Assembly: GCA_050298055.1 (NCBI GenBank)
Contig: JBNKTL010000023.1
Location: forward strand, 1-64,000
DNA from: Spirochaetota bacterium
Lineage (GTDB): Bacteria; Spirochaetota; UBA4802; UBA5550
Length of the DNA: 64,000 bases
Reading direction: 5' to 3'
A model generated the notes under the pieces. It was not told where the DNA came from and did no database searches. It was given only the letters and a program-made list of their open reading frames with translations. Of the stretch, positions 26,536 through 36,723 are shown one piece after another (the first letter of the stretch is position 1; every line of letters starts with the position of its first letter). The translations under genes were made by a program, and so were the position numbers.

Positions 26536-28824
26536 TCAACCGCCGCTCATGGCTACCAGAAACTCGATCCTGTCGCCGTTTGAGAACTTCAGGCTCTCAA
26601 GACCGCTCAATACCATTTTCCCGTTGAGACTGAAACTGACTTCCGGTTTCCCGAGGATATCTTTCAGTCCCGGGTACATTCCGTCTACCTCATTATAGAG
26701 GTCATCCATGCTTTCAATTTCACGGGTTATGGTGATACGCCCCTCAGGAACACGGCCGGTTATCGCGGGGTTGATGACAACATCAATGTTGAACCCGAAA
26801 ACCAGCCTGTTCAGCTCCCCTCTCACCCCGGCAACGGGGAGCCCTTCTTCATTGAGCATACAGAGGCGGTAATACCTGTCCAGCATTTCGTTGAACTCTT
26901 CCCTGTGAATAAACTCTCCCTCGTAAGGCCCTCCCTTTACCGGTTCACTCATCCATCTCTCGGGGAGGGTATCGTCGCTTTTCCTGATCCCCAGTGAGTA
27001 GTTGATCATCCGCTCAAGGTCCCTGATGTTCTTCCCCACAGCGTTGAGTTCTTCCGGGGAGATCTCAATGCCATGGATATTTTTTATCTGCTGCGACCAT
27101 GTATTGAACTCCGGAAGATTTGGCGAATTAAAATACTTTGTGGTAAACCGGCACGCTCCCAGGGAATCCCCCACGGCGTAGACCTCGTCACACATCTTGA
27201 CCGTGTATTCCTTTCCCTTGTATGAATTGGGAGTGCCGTCCACATCCCCCCCGTAGAGTTCTTTCTTATATTCGGGATCATCGTTAATCCGGGCGTTTAC
27301 CTCCAGGGCGGGCCTGTTGCGCAGGTGATCAAATCCCCGTGTGGAGACCGCGACACCCAGGGCAAGGGCCTTGATGATCCTGGTATCGTGGGGATCGGAC
27401 TGCATGAGGTTCTTTATTGTCATTCTGTATTTGAGGGCTTCCTCCGGGTAGAAACCCTTCTCCACGGCCCGGGAACCTGCGGCGAGGACCTTTCCGAAAC
27501 CTTCCCCCTTTGACATGAGAAAGAGCATCCGTGCTACCGTTACCGGATCCCCCCATCCCAGCTTGAATCCCGTGTCCTTTTCACTAATGAGCCCTTTCTC
27601 AAAACACTCCATGGCCCATGCTATGGCACCTCCCGTTCCGGAGCTGTCAAGTCCCAGGTCGTTCAGGATATTGTTCAGGTAAATTACTGCCGCGGGATCG
27701 TCCACCCCTATGTTGGAGCCGAACTTCCCCACGGTAACATATTCGGGACCGTCCCCTTCCAGGTACGACTCCCCGTGGAAACCCATCTCGTTGGCAAGTT
27801 TAATCATGTCGGATACGGGACTCCTCTCCCGGGCGGAAGTGATATCCATCCATGGCCGGCATCGTACGGAGCATTTGTAGCATCCGTTCATCCCTGTCCG
27901 GTATTCGTCAAGATTTTCCGAATCGAGACTATCGGAAAAACAGGTCTCGCTGTTATTCTTTGTCCCCACCGCCCATATCTTCCGGGATACTTTATAGAGA
28001 AAGGGTGTTCCCACTGTGGAGAGGACCTTGTAAACACCGGTGTTTTTCACCTCTTCGATGATCTTCCTGTTCAGACCAGTGGCGCTTTCCTTATCCGCAT
28101 AGGTAAATTTTCTTCTGTTTCGATTTATGAGAAGGATCCCCTTGAGTTTCATTGACCCCATCTTGGCCCCGGACCCGCCCCGGGCGTGTATTGCCTTAAT
28201 CCCTGCCATGACACCGGCAGTCACACAGCCTTTTTCACCGGGAGAAGTTACATTGAGCATTGAGAGGTCCCGGCCCAGCTTTCCCTTATAGCACGTCTCA
28301 ATCTCACTGCGTAATTGAAGATTGTTCATCCCCCACCACTTTGCGGCATCTTCAAACCGGATCTCCCCCTTCTCAATGATCATGAGAACCGGCGAGTCGG
28401 AGATATTATAGAGGACCAGGTGATCGAATCCGCACATCTTTAAATAGGAGGCAAACTCATCCCCTGCGTTGGCGTCAAGAATGATCCCCGATTCGGGAGA
28501 CCAGCCGGTAATATTTCCCCGGGAACTGGAGGGGATGATCCCGGACAACAATCCGGACCCATAGATGAGAGGCGTGGAGGGATCCAGGGGGGAGGTTTCG
28601 GGATCCAGCAGATTCGCCAGAAGGAACATATTGACACCCCTCCCTCCAATAAATGAACGGATGATATCCATGGGAAGATAGGATTTGCGGGTTGTCCCTG
28701 TTTTCAGGTCAACGAAGGCCGTATATCCCTGGTTCTCGAACTGCTTCTCCCGGGACATCCTCTTTATCAGCTCTTCTACCTGTGTATCGATGGTGTTCAT
28801 TGTTCTACTCACATTTTTCTCCAA
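26536..28824 (-). CDS. Tungsten-type aldehyde:ferredoxin oxidoreductase (AOR family) fused to a C-terminal MoaD/ThiS-like domain ending in Gly-Gly
   Basis: AOR N-terminal domain (FIGGRGVNMFLLANLL). [4Fe-4S] ligands CYKCSVRC and DSLGACRF. The last ~85 aa (SFSLNGKMVLSGLESLKFSNGDRIEFLVAMSGG) match the MoaD/ThiS beta-grasp pattern. Confidence 0.85.
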   Translation of the reverse strand: MEKNVSRTMNTIDTQVEELIKRMSREKQFENQGYTAFVDLKTGTTRKSYLPMDIIRSFIGGRGVNMFLLANLLDPETSPLDPSTPLIYGSGLLSGIIPSSSRGNITGWSPESGIILDANAGDEFASYLKMCGFDHLVLYNISDSPVLMIIEKGEIRFEDAAKWWGMNNLQLRSEIETCYKGKLGRDLSMLNVTSPGEKGCVTAGVMAGIKAIHARGGSGAKMGSMKLKGILLINRNRRKFTYADKESATGLNRKIIEEVKNTGVYKVLSTVGTPFLYKVSRKIWAVGTKNNSETCFSDSLDSENLDEYRTGMNGCYKCSVRCRPWMDITSARERSPVSDMIKLANEMGFHGESYLEGDGPEYVTVGKFGSNIGVDDPAAVIYLNNILNDLGLDSSGTGGAIAWAMECFEKGLISEKDTGFKLGWGDPVTVARMLFLMSKGEGFGKVLAAGSRAVEKGFYPEEALKYRMTIKNLMQSDPHDTRIIKALALGVAVSTRGFDHLRNRPALEVNARINDDPEYKKELYGGDVDGTPNSYKGKEYTVKMCDEVYAVGDSLGACRFTTKYFNSPNLPEFNTWSQQIKNIHGIEISPEELNAVGKNIRDLERMINYSLGIRKSDDTLPERWMSEPVKGGPYEGEFIHREEFNEMLDRYYRLCMLNEEGLPVAGVRGELNRLVFGFNIDVVINPAITGRVPEGRITITREIESMDDLYNEVDGMYPGLKDILGKPEVSFSLNGKMVLSGLESLKFSNGDRIEFLVAMSGG

Positions 28825-29084
28825 ATTGCCTGTTCAATTGGCTATATTACAGTTTTTGCACCTGGATGATATTTGTCAGATAATAAAGCCCTCTATATAG
28901 CTACATTATAGCCATTTTATACTCTCATGACTTTCAATGCAAATACTAAAATATTTAAAATATGTCAATTTTAGACAGAGCTGAGGAGTAACCAGGATAA
29001 ACCACCCGGTGATGTTTGACTCGGCAGACAATTATGAATTTATTGATAATATGAGTAATTTTGCGATCCATACTTCGTCACCGG

Positions 29085-31265
29085 TCATTTCCTGGTAACC
29101 GCCAGGAGGGTGATATCGTCCCCCTGGAGTTCACCGCCGGTAAAACGGTTGAGATCATCCACAATGGACCCTACTGTTTTTTCCGGATCCATACCTGTTT
29201 TGGCCAGAAGAGACTTCAGTCTTTCCTCTCCATACTCATCACCGGAACCGTTCATGGCCTCGATGACACCGTCCGTCAGCTGGATAAAGGTGTCTCCTTC
29301 CTTCAGGGTGGTCCTGTGCAGGGAAATACGGTCCTGAAAAGTCTCCGAGTTGACGACCCCCAGGGCAATACCTCCCCCTTTCAGCTCTCTCACCCTGTTG
29401 TGGGCAACTACCAGGGAAGGGAGGTGTCCGGCACTCCCATAGGTGAGCTCACCGGTGCCTGTGTCCAGCATTCCCAGGAACATGGACACGAAGAAATGAG
29501 ACGCCGTGTTGCTGTAGAGGTAGCTGTTTATCCCGGCAAGCAGTGACCGCAGTGAAACCCCCTTACCGAGAGAAGTATGCAGAAGAGTGCGGGTCATGGC
29601 CATGACCAGTCCTGAACCGACCCCATGCCCGGAAACATCTGCCATGACCAGTACCAGAGTTGTATCCGATACCCGTATGACATCGAAATAGTCCCCGCCC
29701 GACTCGGATTGGGCGGCATAATATGATGCGAAGCTGTACCCTTTTACCCGGGGAAATTCTTCAGGAAGCAGCGCCTTCTGGATTGCCTCGGCGGTTTTAA
29801 GTTCACTTTCCATTCTGATTCTCCGTTCCCGTTCCTTTGCCGCCTCTTTCAGGCTGGCGGCGGTCTCGTTCAGTATATCGGAAAGCTGGGCAATCTCATC
29901 ACTCCCCCCGATATCAAGAACTGTATCCAGGTTTCCCCTGCCGATTTCCCTGGCACCGGAAGCAAGCTTTTGTATGGACCGGACAAGGAAGCCGGGGAAA
30001 AAAATTGCGATAGCCACGGCCCTTAAAAAAACGGCCAGAATGAGGTTCACCAGTTCCGATGTTTTACGGTCCATGCTTTCGAAAAATTTATGCCTGTGCA
30101 GAAATATACCGGATATACCCAGCAGATCAACCCGGTATGACATAAGGGCCAACTGCTCTGTTGTAAAATCCGTCTCAAGGAGGACCCGGTTTTTTCTCAG
30201 GGAGTAGACCAGGTGCTCCCGGAAGTCCTTCTCTGATACTCCTTTTCGAAGCGTCAGCCTGTAGCGGGCCGCAGTCTTATCAAAGAGCGCGTAAAGATCT
30301 CCGGAAGTGATGCGCTTATCTTTTTGTTTTTCCGTAAAGGACCCGGTAAAGAAGTCCCGTATTTTCCCGTAATGGACTGCCGGGACACCTGCTTTCCCGT
30401 ACTGCCGCCAGAAACAGGCAAAGATGAGATGAGAAAAATTATTTCCTGCCAGGGTCAGGGTAAAGGGAAATGTTCTGTCCCGCGACGAAAGCCTCCTGAT
30501 GAATATCTCCCTCAGAGAACGTTCTTCTTTTTTTAATATCCGGGGATCGGTTTTCCGGTCTTTCCTGCTCTGGTCCAGAAGACGGAACCGCTGGTAGAGA
30601 AGGATGTCCTGCTTTCCGCGAAAGAGGGGACAACCCATAACGACAAATTTTTTTCCCCTGACCGGATCGCTGGCAAAAATGAGTGCGGGAGATATGGTGA
30701 TATGGTTCATAAACCTCGGGTAGAGGGATGCGGAGAGGAGAGGGTCTTTCACACTCTGGTATTGTACGCCTCCGGACCTTCTTTTAAAATAGATAAAACG
30801 GGGCCGGGCAGTCTCTTCCCAGCGGGGAGACGAGCCGGTTACCCTGTGATCAATGACAAAGCTTATATCATAGAGAGGATCTTTGGAGGTGAAGAGCGAA
30901 TAGTATTCTGAGGCGGAGAGGAGGTGTTTTGACAGGGCGGCGGTAAGTTTTTGTCTCAGCCCCCCCCCCGGTTTTTCGTGATCGAGTATTCTCCTGGTTG
31001 TCAGGTATCCCGTCAGGTCGCTGATACCGCCTTTTAAAACTGCGCCGGTGAGTTTTTTTGTGGTTTCGATCAGGGCCTGTTCATGCTGGTTGTATACCAT
31101 GAGAGTAACCAAAACAGAGACAAAGAGCGACGTGCCCAACGTCAGGAGAACAATTTTAAACCTGATACTGAACCGAATGGAACGGACTCTTTTATTTGTC
31201 ATTGTTTGCCGGGGAAAAACGTTCCGTAAAAAAGTTATAGAGAGAGGAAAAAAGGATACCTGCAA
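29085..31265 (-). CDS. Membrane sensor with HAMP and PP2C (SpoIIE/RsbU-type) serine phosphatase domains
   Basis: 726 aa. N-terminal TM plus large extracytoplasmic domain, a second TM, HAMP, then GDYFDVI...VMADVSGHGVGSGLVMAM PP2C motifs. Confidence 0.85.
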   Translation of the reverse strand: MQVSFFPLSITFLRNVFPRQTMTNKRVRSIRFSIRFKIVLLTLGTSLFVSVLVTLMVYNQHEQALIETTKKLTGAVLKGGISDLTGYLTTRRILDHEKPGGGLRQKLTAALSKHLLSASEYYSLFTSKDPLYDISFVIDHRVTGSSPRWEETARPRFIYFKRRSGGVQYQSVKDPLLSASLYPRFMNHITISPALIFASDPVRGKKFVVMGCPLFRGKQDILLYQRFRLLDQSRKDRKTDPRILKKEERSLREIFIRRLSSRDRTFPFTLTLAGNNFSHLIFACFWRQYGKAGVPAVHYGKIRDFFTGSFTEKQKDKRITSGDLYALFDKTAARYRLTLRKGVSEKDFREHLVYSLRKNRVLLETDFTTEQLALMSYRVDLLGISGIFLHRHKFFESMDRKTSELVNLILAVFLRAVAIAIFFPGFLVRSIQKLASGAREIGRGNLDTVLDIGGSDEIAQLSDILNETAASLKEAAKERERRIRMESELKTAEAIQKALLPEEFPRVKGYSFASYYAAQSESGGDYFDVIRVSDTTLVLVMADVSGHGVGSGLVMAMTRTLLHTSLGKGVSLRSLLAGINSYLYSNTASHFFVSMFLGMLDTGTGELTYGSAGHLPSLVVAHNRVRELKGGGIALGVVNSETFQDRISLHRTTLKEGDTFIQLTDGVIEAMNGSGDEYGEERLKSLLAKTGMDPEKTVGSIVDDLNRFTGGELQGDDITLLAVTRK

Positions 31266-31500
31266 TAAAAAAGTCTACCGCGCTATAGAGTGAATTAATA
31301 ACAACTGCAATAATCCTTGACAGAGCAGTTGAGCCGGCAGAAGGAATGACCGAGAACCCGCCCGCAGGATGAATGCTTTCGAACAGCCTTACCACCTCCG
31401 TACCGAACCCGTTTACCGCGCACCAGGCAAACAGGATGACTGACGGGATGAGTCCTGCAAGTACCAGGGAGAGTGTAAACCATTTTACCTGAAGTTTCAT
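31192..31500 (-). CDS. Small membrane protein (~102 aa) between the STAS and PP2C genes
   Basis: Start MKLQVKWFTLSLVLAG preceded by AAGGAG. Two or three TM helices. Overlaps the PP2C gene start region. Confidence 0.5.
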   Translation of the reverse strand: MKLQVKWFTLSLVLAGLIPSVILFAWCAVNGFGTEVVRLFESIHPAGGFSVIPSAGSTALSRIIAVVINSLYSAVDFFIAGILFSSLYNFFTERFSPANNDK

Positions 31501-31671
31501 TCTTTTCAGCTCCTTTAAAAACTCATGATTTTGGCCCGGGCCTTTCCATAACAGGCGGCATCCCCATCCTGGTGCTGGGCCCGCATGATTTTGCACCAAT
31601 TTGATTTTGTAACCCCTGGTTCATTCAGCGGTTATATTTTTGTAATCAGTAAAAATCATGCAATCGAAGTA

Positions 31672-32010
31672 CTAGCCGGCCAGGGCTTCTTCGTCACTGT
31701 TGTACATATCGAAGAGTGTATCAAACCCGAGAAGAGTGAAAATCTTCAGGATCTTTTCATTCATATGGCTCAGTTTAACCGCTCCGCCCTGTTTCCTCAG
31801 GGTTTCATTGGCGCTTATTATTACTCCGAGCCCCGCACTGGCAATATAGGACAGGTCTTTCACATTGCATACAATTATTTTCACTCCGCTATCCAGGACC
31901 CCTTTTATCTTAGATGCAAACTGCGGGGCAGTATCAATATCCAGGCTCCCGGACAGGGTAATAACGGCACCGGCAGATGATTTTTCCACTTTCATAGTTA
32001 ATTTTGACAT
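31672..32010 (-). CDS. STAS-domain anti-sigma-factor antagonist (SpoIIAA/RsbV-like)
   Basis: Start MSKLTM preceded by GGAGGAG. Conserved phospho-Ser context DLSYIASAGLGVI. Confidence 0.8.
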   Translation of the reverse strand: MSKLTMKVEKSSAGAVITLSGSLDIDTAPQFASKIKGVLDSGVKIIVCNVKDLSYIASAGLGVIISANETLRKQGGAVKLSHMNEKILKIFTLLGFDTLFDMYNSDEEALAG

Positions 32011-32179
32011 ATGCTCCTCCGCATTTACTGACCGCACAATAGACTTTCCCTGTCCGGTTGTCCAGCATCATTTTTAATCGGTCCCGGCTGAAACAGCTTT
32101 TTTTACAACAAAATCCAATAATAAAAAACACCGGCCCTGAAAAATACAGAACTCTATGAAGATGAAAAAATTATGTCAA

Positions 32180-33550
32180 TTAAAAAGGAATTTTATTTGT
32201 TTTTGTCCAGATGTTCATCTCCTCAGCAGATTTAATTAAATCATCACGAAAATCAGGATGAGCAAGATCAATGAGGCATTCGGTCCTTCCCCATACGGAC
32301 CTGGCTTTCATATTGTAAATGCCATTTTCTGTAACCAGGTAGTGAACCATTGATCTTGGAACGGTAACAACAGAGCCTCCTTCAATAAGAGGTTTGATTC
32401 TTGAATGGGTATTTCCCTCCTTATCTTTGTAGGTTGAAGTAAAGGCCAGAAAACTTTTCCCCCCCTTTGAGTGGAATGCCCCTGAAACAAAATCAAGTTG
32501 TCCGCCTGTGCCGGATATTTGTTTCAGTCCGGCAGTTTCTGAACAAACCTGGCTCAGAAGGTCAATTTCAACAATATTGTTGATGGATATGACCTTATCA
32601 TTAAGTGCAATGTTTGCGGGATTATTTACATAATTTACTTCACAGGATGCAAGACGTGGATTATTATCAATAAAATCATAAGTTTCCTGTTTCCCAAGGC
32701 AAAAGGAGTAGGTGCTTTTATTTCTATCAATAGTTTTATTCGCATTTGTAATTTTTCCGGTTTCATACAACCTGACCATTGCATCACAAAACATTTCACT
32801 CTGAATACCAAGATCCTTAAGATCTGACAGGGCAATCATTTCCCCAACTGCATTGGGAAGTGAACCAATACCCAGTTGCAGGCAGGACCCGTCTTCAATG
32901 TGCTCCAGAATATACTCTGAGATTTTTTTTTCTTCAGGAGTTGCTTCAGGCAGAGAAGGGACTGAGAATATGGGACTGTTACTGCCTTCAATAATATAAT
33001 CAATCTCACTGAGATGGAAATACTCGTCATTACCTCCCAGGCAGCGGGGCATATTATCATTAATTTCCAGGATCCTGATGCCGGCCATGAGCCCGATACT
33101 CCTGTTGTGGGAATTAGCCAGTCCAAAATTAAAACAGCCACTGCTATCCATGGGAGTTGTCTGAGCAACCCATATGTCCGGTTTAATATAGTGAAGGTCA
33201 TCAGGAAGATTATATGTGAGCATTGTTGCTTCATGATAATTAAAAGGGATGTGGCAATTAAGATTATTTTTAGCCGCCATTCTGTCAAGAAGTGTATAAT
33301 ACCAGCTAAAATACATAAAGGACTGCTGTTGTGGGTCATTTTGTATTACCGCGGGATATGGAGGTATTGTCCCCGTGCCCCGGATCGCAACCTCTGAGAC
33401 CTCTCCAACTCTTTTACTGAGGGCAAGATCAAACTCAACTGGTTTTGAAGCAAACATTCCATATTCGATTTTACTCTTTGATTTTACCAGTTTAGCTGCC
33501 TGTTCAGCAGTGATGACTTTTTTTTTGTACTCTGATAAGAAACTCTTCAT
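32180..33550 (-). CDS. Acetyl-CoA hydrolase/transferase family protein (4-hydroxybutyrate/succinyl-CoA:acetate CoA-transferase-like)
   Basis: ~456 aa. Two-domain CoA-transferase pattern (GGQLDFVSGA, ISINNIVEIDLLSQV). Start trimmed to MKSFLSEY after GGAGAG. Confidence 0.8.
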   Translation of the reverse strand: MKSFLSEYKKKVITAEQAAKLVKSKSKIEYGMFASKPVEFDLALSKRVGEVSEVAIRGTGTIPPYPAVIQNDPQQQSFMYFSWYYTLLDRMAAKNNLNCHIPFNYHEATMLTYNLPDDLHYIKPDIWVAQTTPMDSSGCFNFGLANSHNRSIGLMAGIRILEINDNMPRCLGGNDEYFHLSEIDYIIEGSNSPIFSVPSLPEATPEEKKISEYILEHIEDGSCLQLGIGSLPNAVGEMIALSDLKDLGIQSEMFCDAMVRLYETGKITNANKTIDRNKSTYSFCLGKQETYDFIDNNPRLASCEVNYVNNPANIALNDKVISINNIVEIDLLSQVCSETAGLKQISGTGGQLDFVSGAFHSKGGKSFLAFTSTYKDKEGNTHSRIKPLIEGGSVVTVPRSMVHYLVTENGIYNMKARSVWGRTECLIDLAHPDFRDDLIKSAEEMNIWTKTNKIPF

Positions 33551-33886
33551 ACATCTCTCCATAAAGTGTTAATTATTTTACTACTCATTGATGTTAAAAA
33601 TGTTCAGTTTTATTCTAATGCAAGACATTTTTTGCATTTTTCCTGTTATCAAAAAAGATGTTTACTTCAGTAAAACATACTTATTTAATAAAATGCTAAC
33701 AATGCCCCCGTCCAAGGGGGCGGGAACACATCATTTTTTTTAACAGGAAAATTTTTATGCAGAGTTGAATCGTTACTGAATTTAAATAAACAGGTGCCCC
33801 TCCAGGAAATAGTGTCCGCTTGCAGAGACTTAATTGTATCATAATTATAGAAGGCAAAAAGTCTATATTATCAATGGAGGCCGTTA

Positions 33887-34108
33887 ATGAAGAAAATCAT
33901 ATTATCAATAGGGATCTTTTTAGTGGGAACCGCTGTGGTTTTATCAGCACAGGACAAAATACAGGACCAGGACCAGGTAAAAGAACAGGAAAAAATACTG
34001 GAGCAAAAACGTGAACGCATCAGAAACAGAAAAGAAATAAGAGAAGAGCTGAAAGAGCAGAACCGGAACCAGCGACATAACAGGATAAAAAATTCAAAAA
34101 ACAAATAA
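33887..34108 (+). CDS. Small secreted E/K/Q-rich protein (73 aa)
   Basis: Signal peptide MKKIILSIGIFLVGTAVVLSA followed by a charged low-complexity tail. Confidence 0.5.
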   Translation: MKKIILSIGIFLVGTAVVLSAQDKIQDQDQVKEQEKILEQKRERIRNRKEIREELKEQNRNQRHNRIKNSKNK

Positions 34109-34182
34109 TTGAATAAAGATCTTTTGTAACTTCTCAAGCTTCGTATATAAATAATCTTACTCAGGATAAGAACACAATTGCC

Positions 34183-34213
34183 ATGTCCCCGCCGCCCAGG
34201 ACGGCGGGGACAT
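34183..34213 (+). repeat. GC-hairpin element ATGTCCCCGCCG-N7-CGGCGGGGACAT followed by a T-run (terminator-like), copy 1
   Basis: Perfect 12-bp stem. The same stem sequence recurs at 45660..45690. Confidence 0.6.
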
Positions 34214-34266
34214 CCTGTTGACATTTTTAGTAAATATGTTATCATTAATCATATGGCGGGGAAGTT

Positions 34267-35211
34267 ATGATCTTTTTTAAAATATATCTTAATGTGAAAA
34301 ATAATTTTTATAAAATTGCTCTGCTTATCGTAATTTTCATATTCAGTTTGGATCATTTATATGCCGCCAAAAAAAATCATGATATAGACCTGTCCGTTGG
34401 AAGTAAAGGTGTCTATTCATCAGGAATATCCGAACCTTATATGTATAATATGACAGGGGGCAAAGTCTCATATAAGAGGGAATATCTGGGGATCGGGACT
34501 TCTCTCAATCAATACTTTAATTATCAGGTTACAGACGGAAATGGTGAATATGATTACAGATCATTCAGTGAAGCCGGCGCATCACTGGAAATATTCATCG
34601 ATAAATATTTAATCCTTTCGGGAGAATACAGCAGGGCAAAAGATTTTAACAACCTCACGGGAAATACTTATGACGGAGACATTGAGTTCCAGATCGCAGA
34701 TGCTGTTTTTTCAGCCTCTTATTTATACAGGGATTTTAATTATGAAATCGCTTCAAATGATATTGAATTAACGGGGAAAGATTTTCGTCTTGGTATTGAT
34801 TATTATGTTAATGATTCCCTCGGATTCGATCTGGCATACTCTTACAATACGCTTTATATTAATTCCCTGGAAAGTGATTACAGGAAAAATATTTTTCGCG
34901 CGGGATGTATTTACACGCCATTAAAAAAACTTTTTTTTACGGCCGGAGCAGCCGTCGGGAAAGACTCGGAAGAATACACTATTATTGGAGCAGATTTAAG
35001 CATTACCCTGTTTTTTTCTTCACGTTTTAAACTGAATTTTTATTACTCTCTCTCCTCTTTCAATCCACCGCCGGCAGGTATTTCTTCCGGAGGCAGCTCC
35101 ACTGGCGGGAATTCCTCAAAAGCAAAAACAAATCCCTACCTGACATCAGATAAAGTGGGGGAAGCATATTATTCACAAATAATAAATTTTGGAATTACGG
35201 TTATATTTTAA
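34267..35211 (+). CDS. Hypothetical outer-membrane beta-barrel-like protein
   Basis: N-terminal hydrophobic segment. Y/S/G-rich alternating pattern. C-terminal ...GITVIF with a terminal Phe typical of OMPs. Confidence 0.5.
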   Translation: MIFFKIYLNVKNNFYKIALLIVIFIFSLDHLYAAKKNHDIDLSVGSKGVYSSGISEPYMYNMTGGKVSYKREYLGIGTSLNQYFNYQVTDGNGEYDYRSFSEAGASLEIFIDKYLILSGEYSRAKDFNNLTGNTYDGDIEFQIADAVFSASYLYRDFNYEIASNDIELTGKDFRLGIDYYVNDSLGFDLAYSYNTLYINSLESDYRKNIFRAGCIYTPLKKLFFTAGAAVGKDSEEYTIIGADLSITLFFSSRFKLNFYYSLSSFNPPPAGISSGGSSTGGNSSKAKTNPYLTSDKVGEAYYSQIINFGITVIF

Positions 35212-35234
35212 GAAACCACCTTCTCTGGGGGCGG

Positions 35235-35870
35235 TTAACGGGGCAGTTTCAATTGTTCAATGTCGCATATCCTTCGCTCGAGGGAATTCCTGATCAACTT
35301 TATGAGGAGAAGGGTTTCCTTGTATAACTCCCTGCCCAGTTCCTCGCTTGCCTTGAAATGAAGCCTGCCGTAATCATTCTTCCTCTTCTCCAGCCTGTTC
35401 TCGAGAATTTCCCGAATGGACCCTGATTTACCCATGATACCCCGAAGCATCCCCATGAGACCGAGCCGGTCAAGATCGTCAGCATCGAAAACAATTTTCT
35501 CCTCTGTTGTTTCCGGGGGGAGCATTGAAGTTTCCGTGTGCCGGACAACGATCCTGGTTATCTTGTCTTTCGTGTCATTGTCAACACCGGAAGATTTCAG
35601 GAATTCTTCGGCTATACTGCCGCCAATCAACCCGTGGAGATGCCCCGATTCCGCATCAACCCGGCCGATATCGTGAAACAGCGCGCCGGCAATGAGAATA
35701 AAGGGGTCCACGTCATCGGGGATACGCTCCGCGATCTCGATAGAATATCTCGCCACTTCCAGCACATGGGAATAGTCGTGGCCCTCGCAGCCGGAATGCT
35801 TCTGCTCGATAAATTTCTTTATTTTATAGAGGAGATCAATTTCTTCCGGGGTGAGTTTCCTGTTGAACAT
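35235..35870 (-). CDS. HD-domain phosphohydrolase
   Basis: H...HD motif (DYSHVLEVARYS...ALFHDIGR). Confidence 0.8.
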   Translation of the reverse strand: MFNRKLTPEEIDLLYKIKKFIEQKHSGCEGHDYSHVLEVARYSIEIAERIPDDVDPFILIAGALFHDIGRVDAESGHLHGLIGGSIAEEFLKSSGVDNDTKDKITRIVVRHTETSMLPPETTEEKIVFDADDLDRLGLMGMLRGIMGKSGSIREILENRLEKRKNDYGRLHFKASEELGRELYKETLLLIKLIRNSLERRICDIEQLKLPR

Positions 35871-35916
35871 ATTATTACTCCGATTTGATGTCTTTACGCA
35901 TCTCTCATCCGCAAAC

Positions 35917-36396
35917 TTAATCCATATCAGCGCTCAATTCTTTCCAGATAAGTGATTCCGTGTATTTAACGATTCTTTCACGGAGCCGTGTGGATACAAT
36001 TTGCGCAATGTTTTTCATGATCACGTATCCAATGCGATAATTACTTTCAACAAGCTTTTCGAATTCATTCAGTTCCAGGATAAAGACCTGCGCGTCACCC
36101 GCGGCCTTTGCAGTTGCCGAACGGGGGGCCCGGTCGATAAGGGAGAGTTCGCCGAATATTTCCCCCTCTTTGATAACATGCACAGTGGCCAGTTCCGTAT
36201 CGAGGCCGATATTGGTCTGGATATCCACCTTCCCCCTGCAGAGTATATACATCTCGGACCCGGTACTTTTCTCTTCAAAAATTATCGTTTCATTATCATA
36301 CGTTTTTTCATTACAGATACCGGCAATTTTCTCTATTTCTTCATCGGTAAGTCCGCTGAAAATCTCGCTGTTCTTGATCGCATTGAATAACTCCAT
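35917..36396 (-). CDS. Stand-alone cyclic-nucleotide-binding domain protein
   Basis: FGELSLIDRAPRSATAKA is the cNMP-binding PBC-like motif. Start chosen at MELFNAIKNSEIF. Confidence 0.7.
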   Translation of the reverse strand: MELFNAIKNSEIFSGLTDEEIEKIAGICNEKTYDNETIIFEEKSTGSEMYILCRGKVDIQTNIGLDTELATVHVIKEGEIFGELSLIDRAPRSATAKAAGDAQVFILELNEFEKLVESNYRIGYVIMKNIAQIVSTRLRERIVKYTESLIWKELSADMD

Positions 36397-36723
36397 GATA
36401 CCCGACCTCAATTTTTTCTTCTCTAAATTTACTGTTGTATCAAAGCACACGTCCGCAAATCCCAAAAGACTTATGAGACACGGTAACGCTCAGAATGAAT
36501 ACCAGTAAATGATTGTCTGTTGACAGTGAGTCCCCGGCATGCTGCCGGTAATAAAATTTTGGTCCACAGGATACTATCAAACAAACCGATACGCGTAAAT
36601 AATATTAGTTCCCTGTTACAGGAGTCAATAATAATTTATATCTTCTCATCATTTTCAGTAGACCCTGGCGGAAAAAATTATTAAATTTATTTAAAAAGGA
36701 ATACTCTGCTGAGGAGGCATAAT

